From the IMG/VR virus record IMGVR_UViG_3300026194_000281: DNA of 29,069 nt. The stretch is one strand, 5' to 3'. Source of the DNA: a virus. This document shows, in pieces, positions 22,826 through 29,069 of this stretch. Within the stretch, counting starts at the first letter, position 1, and each line of letters starts with the position of its first letter. Position numbers and translations under genes: made by a program. Under the pieces are notes generated by a model, which was not told the DNA's origin, made no database searches, and worked only from the letters and a program-made list of their open reading frames with translations.

Positions 22826-24073
22826 ATGGGAGAGACCTATTTCCATCAACATGCCGCCCCGGGTTACTGGGAGGGGCAGGTATCGAGAGCGGAGAACAAC
22901 GGGAAGATCAGCCCCGGCGATGCTGCCCTGATCCGGCGGTTCGTCAACTATCGGCAGGGCGGCAAGGGCATCACCGCCTCCCGGGCCACGAAATTATCAC
23001 AGATCCTCATATCATGGAGGCAGGTGCTCACCCCTCCCTGGGAGGAGGTGACGATCGACGACCTCTTTGCCGCCCGGATGCGGCTCACCTCGATGACGAG
23101 CAGCCGAGGCGAGCCCTACGCGCAGAACACGATCGCCGACCACATCCAGATCCTAAAGTCATTTTTCAAGTGGATGATCTCCCGAAAGCTAACCTCGAAC
23201 CTCACGGCAGCCGAGCTCAGCGAACTCAAGGCACCCCCGAGAGACTACGAGACGACCGACCCCGGCGACCTCGTCACAGCCGACGAGCTCGCTGCTATGA
23301 TCCGGGCCTGCAAGACCCACCGGGACCGGGCGATCGTCGCCGTGACCTACGAGACCGGGGCACGGATAGGGGAGGTGGCCCGGCTTCGGTGGTCGGATAT
23401 ACTGTTCGATCGCTATGGAGTCCGCTGCACAATCAACGACACCAAGGAACGCAAGAAGCGGTATCCCCGGCTCATCAACAGCACGGCATACTTGGCGGCC
23501 TGGAGGAACGGATACTATGGGCCGGCTGCCGAGGGGGATGCATACGTCTTCATCTCCACGAAAAATCATCCTCTCCGGTACCGGGCCATATCGCAGGTGA
23601 TCGAGCGGGCGGCACAGCGGGCGGGCATTGAAAAGCGGATACACCCACATTTGTTCAGGAAAAGTAGGATTACCGAACTGGTCCGGAAGAACTATCAAGA
23701 GTCCGTCCTGAAAGAAACGTTCTGGGCGAACCCCGATACGTCGATGTTCCGCACCTATCTGAAACTATCAGAAAAGGACATCGACGACGAATTTTTGAGA
23801 AGGGCCGGGCTGAAGACAGAGAGCGAGATCGACGCCGACACCGACAAGCCCCGCCAGTGCATGTACTGCCTGGCAGTCAACCCTCCGGGATCCCAGTTCT
23901 GCCGCATGTGCACCCGGCCACTCACCACAGAGGCCCGCCAGACTCAGGGCGAGAAGGTCAACTCCCTCCTGACCCACATGGACCAGGATCCCCGCCTGGC
24001 CATCATCGAGCAGAAGTTCGAAGAGTTCCGCCAGTCCCTCATCGATAAGATGGACTCGTCGGGCAGAACCTGA
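22826..24073 (+). CDS. int: Tyrosine recombinase/integrase with C-terminal Zn-ribbon
   Basis: YETGARIGE (catalytic R), HPHLFRKSR (HxxR), FW..., MFRTY (catalytic Y); CMYC...FCRMC ribbon. Confidence 0.92.
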   Translation: MGETYFHQHAAPGYWEGQVSRAENNGKISPGDAALIRRFVNYRQGGKGITASRATKLSQILISWRQVLTPPWEEVTIDDLFAARMRLTSMTSSRGEPYAQNTIADHIQILKSFFKWMISRKLTSNLTAAELSELKAPPRDYETTDPGDLVTADELAAMIRACKTHRDRAIVAVTYETGARIGEVARLRWSDILFDRYGVRCTINDTKERKKRYPRLINSTAYLAAWRNGYYGPAAEGDAYVFISTKNHPLRYRAISQVIERAAQRAGIEKRIHPHLFRKSRITELVRKNYQESVLKETFWANPDTSMFRTYLKLSEKDIDDEFLRRAGLKTESEIDADTDKPRQCMYCLAVNPPGSQFCRMCTRPLTTEARQTQGEKVNSLLTHMDQDPRLAIIEQKFEEFRQSLIDKMDSSGRT

Positions 24074-24227
24074 TCATCTCTCCTTTTTAAAAGAGCCGCC
24101 CGGGAGCGTTTCGCGGCGCCCAAACTTCTCCCTCACCAAGTTCGTCTGTTAAGACCCCTATACCCCCCGCCCCGAGTATATATACGTCGACGACATCTAT
24201 ATATTTTTGAACTTCCACTATAGTCAT

Positions 24228-24650
24228 ATGGATAGCATACCCGGGGACGTCAAGCGGGCCATAGGCAAGCTCTATGTCTTCTGCTCCGTGGCGTCCGACC
24301 CGCCCCTCCTGCTCCGCCTCACCCGAGCCCTGATGAGCAGCGTTAGAGCCTGCGAGGCAAAACTACACAACTCGATAGAGAACGGCACCCAGAATATCCC
24401 CGAATGGGATGCCTACCGAGATAAAATCGATGCCGCCACCGTCGCCTACGCGACATCCTCAGACCAATGGGCCAACGTCATGATCGTCTGCGCCGACGTC
24501 GCAGATTATTTCTATGCGCTCTGTCTCATGGACAACCTCATTGAGATCGACGAGACCGATTTTGACATAACATCCGCATTCATACCAAAGAAATCCCAGG
24601 AGATGGACAATGACGACAGCAACGCAGGAAAATACCTCTCCCAGGTCTGA
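24228..24650 (+). CDS. Hypothetical protein (allele B of 461-865)
   Basis: Homologous to 461-865; TATA box at the same spacing. Confidence 0.8.
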   Translation: MDSIPGDVKRAIGKLYVFCSVASDPPLLLRLTRALMSSVRACEAKLHNSIENGTQNIPEWDAYRDKIDAATVAYATSSDQWANVMIVCADVADYFYALCLMDNLIEIDETDFDITSAFIPKKSQEMDNDDSNAGKYLSQV

Positions 24651-25698
24651 ACAGGTCCGGCGGCGAGATATCCGGGTCTCAAAATCCCTCCTGGCCGTCA
24701 GCCCGGACATCGGCAAGGCCCTCACCTACGAGATGACCACCCACGACGACGGCGTTGCCGCGACCGGCGGCGTCTTCGGCATGTTCCTCGGCGCCATGGG
24801 CAAAGGGAAGAGCACCCTCATGGTCCAGTATGCCCAGCTCGCCAACCACGTCCCCGGCCTGGCCGGGAAATGGGATGTCGTCAACCTCAGGAACCAGCAT
24901 GTGCCCGAAACCGTCATCTGGCGCGGTCTCGAGTACGACCACTGGAACTGCCTGATCCCCGAATACTGGATCCAATCATTCCCCGGCACCCACCCCAAGC
25001 CGATCCGTCTCCACATGCACTACCGCGACCGGCTCGACTTCTACATCCAGGCGGGGAAAAAGAAATACCGGCTCATGCTGTCGGGCGAGGATATCCGGTT
25101 TTACAACAGCCCCGAACAGTTATATGAAAACCTCCTGCAGGGCGGCATCAACGTCGTTTATGAGCCGCAGGAATATTACCTCTCAGAGAAAACCCTCACT
25201 CGGCTCCTCGCCTCCCAACTCGCCAAGAAATCAGATTACAGCAAAATGGAAGATGTCCGGGCGCCGTCCGCCATGTGGTGGTACGAGTTCATTGAGACGC
25301 TGTCGAGGATCAAGGCCCGGCACGAGTTCTATACTCTACATCTCGACGAAGCGGACGACATCTTCCCCTTTGGGGCCCAGGGAAACCACTGGCACATGAT
25401 CGGCTGGCTCACCCGGTCTATCATCCATCTCCGCAAGAACAACGTCTCCCTGTTGCTGGCAACCCAGGATATCAACCTGCTCGACCACCGCATCTACGAC
25501 CGCGTCAACTACTTCATGTGGCTCCCCGGCAGCCGCCCGAAGACCCGGGTCTCTATGGTACATCAGAACCTGATCCGGACCCTGCCCAGGGGATGGGGGA
25601 TCGTCGAGGAGGCCAACAGTCGCTTCGGTCGCATCCGGTTCCAGCGCATCCCCCGGCAGCCCCCGGTCGTGCAGGCGGTCGGGCTATCGGGAATATAG
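24610..25698 (+). CDS. P-loop ATPase, FtsK/HerA/Zot-like (allele B)
   Basis: Walker A GAMGKGKST, Walker B LHLDEAD, LLLATQ, DHRIYDRVNYF. Confidence 0.82.
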   Translation: MTTATQENTSPRSEQVRRRDIRVSKSLLAVSPDIGKALTYEMTTHDDGVAATGGVFGMFLGAMGKGKSTLMVQYAQLANHVPGLAGKWDVVNLRNQHVPETVIWRGLEYDHWNCLIPEYWIQSFPGTHPKPIRLHMHYRDRLDFYIQAGKKKYRLMLSGEDIRFYNSPEQLYENLLQGGINVVYEPQEYYLSEKTLTRLLASQLAKKSDYSKMEDVRAPSAMWWYEFIETLSRIKARHEFYTLHLDEADDIFPFGAQGNHWHMIGWLTRSIIHLRKNNVSLLLATQDINLLDHRIYDRVNYFMWLPGSRPKTRVSMVHQNLIRTLPRGWGIVEEANSRFGRIRFQRIPRQPPVVQAVGLSGI

Positions 25699-25773
25699 AC
25701 TCCCTCAAAATTATATAGAAAAACAACTAATTTTATATACCTAAATAGCCCTATATATTTTTGGAGAAAGCCT

Positions 25774-26124
25774 ATGGGAAAATACCACGATTTTGCACGT
25801 GAGTGCTGGATCACCCTCCACACCGCCGGCGTGGGGGCCGTAAAGCGCCTCTACCAGGCCCGGTGCCTCAACGAGGATGCCAACGTCAACGCGGTTCTCG
25901 GCTTCATCATCGTCGCTGCCGTGCTCTTCATCGGCATCCCGGTCCTCGCCGCCATCAGCGCCGCGACCCCGGTGCTCAATGAAACCGACCCCCTCTACGC
26001 CACGCAGCAGACGCTGCAGACCACCACGAGTTCTGGCTACGGGCTGCTCGTCGTCACCCTGATCATCATCGCCATGGGAGCCGTCATCGGCGGCCTGATG
26101 ATGTTCAACGCCCGGCGCGGATGA
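25774..26124 (+). CDS. Putative major capsid protein, copy 2
   Basis: Four amino-acid differences from 1994-2344 (HL>YH, A>V, A>T). Confidence 0.65.
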   Translation: MGKYHDFARECWITLHTAGVGAVKRLYQARCLNEDANVNAVLGFIIVAAVLFIGIPVLAAISAATPVLNETDPLYATQQTLQTTTSSGYGLLVVTLIIIAMGAVIGGLMMFNARRG

Positions 26125-26161
26125 GGAGACCGGAGGAAACATCCCGTTTTCCGATCCTCTC

Positions 26162-26653
26162 ATGACGTCGAACCTCCGGGGGCGGGCCCTCCCCGCCCTC
26201 GTTCTATCCTCCCTCCTGTTCCCCGCGGCCTCTGCCGCCAACGTCACCGTCGCTGATCCCGTGCAGGTCCTCCCGGCAGCCCAAACCTACCTCCCCGTCG
26301 AGATCTGGACGCTCCTCTTCGCCCTCACCTGGGTCTGTCTCGGGCTCTCCCTCTGGCCCGGCATCGAGGGCCGGGACATGTGGGCCGGTCTCGCCGCCCT
26401 CCTCGCCGCAGCCGTCGCGTGGCTCTCTGGCTACATCAGTTTCAACAGCATCCATCCGATCCTCCTCACCGACGGCGACATCCTCATCCAGCCCGTGCAG
26501 TGCCTCATCCAGCCGCCCTACCTGGGCCTGCTCATGATCGGCGTCTTCCTCCTCGCCGTAGTCAACGCCTTCCGGGTCGTCTGGCTCATCTACATCCGCC
26601 CGATCCGCGACCTCCGGCTCGCCGATCAGGGATACGACATAGGAGACCGATAA
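26162..26653 (+). CDS. Membrane protein, copy 2 of 2382-2873
   Basis: Identical translation. Confidence 0.75.
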   Translation: MTSNLRGRALPALVLSSLLFPAASAANVTVADPVQVLPAAQTYLPVEIWTLLFALTWVCLGLSLWPGIEGRDMWAGLAALLAAAVAWLSGYISFNSIHPILLTDGDILIQPVQCLIQPPYLGLLMIGVFLLAVVNAFRVVWLIYIRPIRDLRLADQGYDIGDR

Positions 26654-26655
26654 CA

Positions 26656-27132
26656 ATGCCACAAATAATGAGTGCCGACGAATTCGCCGAGCGCCGCGCC
26701 AACGAGAGCGACCTCAACCGCCCGCTCCCACTGATGGGGAAACCTCTCGGAGAGCGGCAGATGGAAACCTTGCTGAAGCCCGACCTCCCGGCGAAGAAAG
26801 GCCCCCTCGAAAAACTCTGGATCTTCTCTGGCGAAGCCACCCGGCACGTGCAGCTCACCAACATCCCGACCGAGGACGATAAACGCCGGTTTGACCGCAA
26901 CGTCAACGATATGCTTCGGGTCGCCACCTGGGACGCCGACGACTACCTCGACCTCATGCAGGCAAAGTTCCTCGTCACCAAGGTCCTCGCGGCGAAGAGC
27001 ATCGGCTATACTCGGATGCCCCGGGAGCGGGACGCCCTCAACGAGAACCGCATTACCCAGACCATCCGCGACGACCGCCCGCCCATCCCGAAGGACTCCG
27101 GCGGCCTGTTCGGCTTCCTCAGGAGGGGCTAA
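26656..27132 (+). CDS. Hypothetical protein, copy 2 of 2876-3352
   Basis: Identical translation. Confidence 0.75.
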   Translation: MPQIMSADEFAERRANESDLNRPLPLMGKPLGERQMETLLKPDLPAKKGPLEKLWIFSGEATRHVQLTNIPTEDDKRRFDRNVNDMLRVATWDADDYLDLMQAKFLVTKVLAAKSIGYTRMPRERDALNENRITQTIRDDRPPIPKDSGGLFGFLRRG

Positions 27133-27134
27133 CC

Positions 27135-27836
27135 ATGTCAGAAGTAATCGTAGCTGCAACGGAAATGCCGGGATATATCCTCGGCCTCCCCTGGTTCATC
27201 TGGGCGTTTGTCGCCCTCGGGGTCATCATCCTGATCTCCAACGCCCTCTGGGTCTGGTACTGGTGGACCATGGGGCCGGTCGGCGCCTACTGGAAAGCGG
27301 TGCGCAAGAACGAGACCCTCGGCATCCTGCTCACGAAGGGCGGCAAGCTCCGCTTCGTCGCCACCGAATACGTCGCCGGCGTCATGCGGTCGCTTGACCT
27401 CAAGATGTCCTGGATGATCCGCAGCCCTGACGCCTGGCAGCTCGGCACCGTCCCCTCGAAGCTCCTCATCGACCTCTGGGGCATCGGCGCGGACCCCCGG
27501 CTCCTCGTCGCCGTAAAGACCGCGATCGGGACCTGGAACGAAGAGCACCCCGATAACCAGATCGAGACCTACAAAGACCTCTACGACAAGGTCAAGCGCA
27601 AAGAGATCGCCGACCCGATCCTCATCCCGGCCGTCGCCGAAGTCCCCATCTACGAAATAGAGCGGTACCTCCCACATGTCGGCGCCGGCGACTTTGAAGG
27701 ACATATCGCCGTCCGGGTCGCGGAAGAAGTGGACGACTTGAAGGGCAAAGAATGGCCGGCCTGGATGAAGGCGTTTATCATGATCGAGATGGCCGTCATC
27801 GCATTCGGCGGGATCATCTATCTCCTGGGGAGCTGA
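27135..27836 (+). CDS. Membrane protein, copy 2 of 3355-4056
   Basis: Identical translation. Confidence 0.8.
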   Translation: MSEVIVAATEMPGYILGLPWFIWAFVALGVIILISNALWVWYWWTMGPVGAYWKAVRKNETLGILLTKGGKLRFVATEYVAGVMRSLDLKMSWMIRSPDAWQLGTVPSKLLIDLWGIGADPRLLVAVKTAIGTWNEEHPDNQIETYKDLYDKVKRKEIADPILIPAVAEVPIYEIERYLPHVGAGDFEGHIAVRVAEEVDDLKGKEWPAWMKAFIMIEMAVIAFGGIIYLLGS

Positions 27837-27838
27837 CC

Positions 27839-29069
27839 ATGAATTTCGGCAGCGCTCCATCCCGGGTCCAACAGCTCAGGGAGGCCATGGCCGCCCGCCC
27901 GCCGGCCCCGCAACAGCAGGCCCGCGCCGGCCTCCTCCCGCAACAGCAGCCGGCCCCGACCGCCCCGGCCGCCCCGGCTGCATCCGCTCCCTCCTCATCC
28001 CCACTCGCAAATCTGGAGCGCAAGGTGCTCGCAGGGAGAGATCCGCGCCGGATCGGCACCCCGCTCGACTCCCCTGTAGCCCGAGTCATCGGCGGCCTGA
28101 TGAGAGACGGGGTCGTCACCCCGTGGGACACCGAGACCAAATACAACGAGCACGCTGCCGCCTTCACCGAATACCAGCAAATCCAGCAGAAACACGCCCC
28201 CCACATCCAGGGCGGCGTCTTCGTCGTCAACACCCCCCAGGACCAGGCCAAATACCAGGAGCTGCAGCGGGCGGCCACCCGCGTCGAGACCACCGGCCAG
28301 GCGTTCGAGCAGACCCGAGACCGGGAACTCTTCGGCATCTCCCGGCGCGTCGCCGACCTCAACAAAGGCGCCGCCGACTTCCTCAACCTCCCGGCCGTCA
28401 CACCACGAGCAGAAACGGTGCATCGGGAGCGGGTAGCGCCCCACATCGGCCCCATGTTATCTCTGATGAACAAGGGCGGCCCCATTCCCGCGCTCGCTCG
28501 CGCCGCCGTCCCCGGTTACCGCCGGGCGGAATCCGATTTCTTCGCAGGCATCGGCGCCGGCGGCTATGAGCGGTTCCGGGTCGAACCTCTCACGGCGGCA
28601 GGATCCGTGGCGGTCGGGTTCCTCGGCGGCGCCGCAATGAAGGGCGCAACCCTCCTCCCGAAGGTCGGTCCCGTCGTCGTCGCAAAAGGCCCCACCATCG
28701 CAAAAGGCGTCGAAGCCCTCTACGTGGGCTCTGTCGGCGTCAGGACCGCCGGCGCTGGCCCCGACTACTTCGAGATGGGCCGAGAGTTCGGCGGCATCCT
28801 GACCACCGAGGCGATCCCGATGTATGGAGGGGTGAAGGCGTTTACCACCCTATCCCCGAGGGTCGGGGCAGGTGTTGCCCGGGCAAAGGACGCCTACCTC
28901 TCCCACAAGATCCGGGACGCCCCCGCCGCCCAAGTGAAAGCAGGCGGTCACTATCCCGACAACGAGATGATCCTTGAAGGTCTCCGGATGCAGGAGAGCC
29001 GGAGCCCCTTTGTCTCTGCCCGCTCCCTCTCCCGCAGCCGCCCCGGGAAGGCCGGCACCTTTGTCGAGG
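27839..29069 (+). CDS. Copy 2 of the large 4059-6461 protein, truncated by the window edge
   Basis: Sequence matches 4059-5289. Confidence 0.7.
   Translation, partial: MNFGSAPSRVQQLREAMAARPPAPQQQARAGLLPQQQPAPTAPAAPAASAPSSSPLANLERKVLAGRDPRRIGTPLDSPVARVIGGLMRDGVVTPWDTETKYNEHAAAFTEYQQIQQKHAPHIQGGVFVVNTPQDQAKYQELQRAATRVETTGQAFEQTRDRELFGISRRVADLNKGAADFLNLPAVTPRAETVHRERVAPHIGPMLSLMNKGGPIPALARAAVPGYRRAESDFFAGIGAGGYERFRVEPLTAAGSVAVGFLGGAAMKGATLLPKVGPVVVAKGPTIAKGVEALYVGSVGVRTAGAGPDYFEMGREFGGILTTEAIPMYGGVKAFTTLSPRVGAGVARAKDAYLSHKIRDAPAAQVKAGGHYPDNEMILEGLRMQESRSPFVSARSLSRSRPGKAGTFVE

Larger units (their letters stand above)
101..29069 (+). mobile_element. Tandem (head-to-tail) integrated archaeal virus-like element, unit ~23.78 kb; spindle-shaped-virus-like structural module with RCR Rep and tyrosine integrase
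   Basis: Integrase, HUH Rep, P-loop ATPase, hydrophobic capsid-like proteins and adhesins are almost all co-oriented; the gene block recurs at an offset of ~23,780. Boundaries are uncertain. Confidence 0.85.
25645..29069 (+). repeat. Long direct repeat, copy 2 (runs off the window end)
   Basis: Matches 1866-5289. Confidence 0.95.

Noticed and set aside
110-22826. SSV-type integrase split by att into Int(N)/Int(C)
   Set aside because: No Int(N) fragment lies next to the second 19-bp repeat, and the intact int does not contain that repeat.
20767-24073. Classical integron
   Set aside because: No palindromic attC structures or GTTRRRY cores; no IntI-specific insertion was recognised in the integrase. 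Only the looser cassette-array idea is kept.
1866-29069. Tandem repeat as a pure circular-contig or assembly artefact
   Set aside because: The first ~2.4 kb of the two copies differ substantially with frame-preserving, largely conservative changes. An artefact is not excluded without reads, but it is not a simple overlap.

Overview
High-GC archaeal DNA, most likely from a Methanomicrobiales (Methanoculleus-like) host. That assignment is inferred from the PKD, dockerin-like and cohesin-like modules and the TATA-box promoters. Nearly the whole window is a virus-like mobile element with a unit length of about 23.78 kb, present head-to-tail: one near-complete unit plus the first ~6.3 kb of a second. 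Gene order on the + strand: tyrosine integrase (only a C-terminal remnant in unit 1, intact at 22826-24073), a 134-aa ORF, an FtsK/HerA/Zot-like ATPase, a two-helix hydrophobic protein resembling spindle-shaped-virus major capsid proteins, membrane/virion genes, and two large adhesin-like proteins. One adhesin ends in a dockerin-like domain and is followed by a membrane-anchored cohesin-like protein. Then come a divergent RHH regulatory switch, many tiny Cys/Zn-finger genes, a rolling-circle HUH Rep, and an array of microgenes each ending in a GGTAGAGG motif. The two copies diverge over int/ORF134/ATPase but are essentially identical from ~2.5 kb on. No rRNA, tRNA or CRISPR array is supported. 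All family assignments are motif recognition by eye, not database searches.
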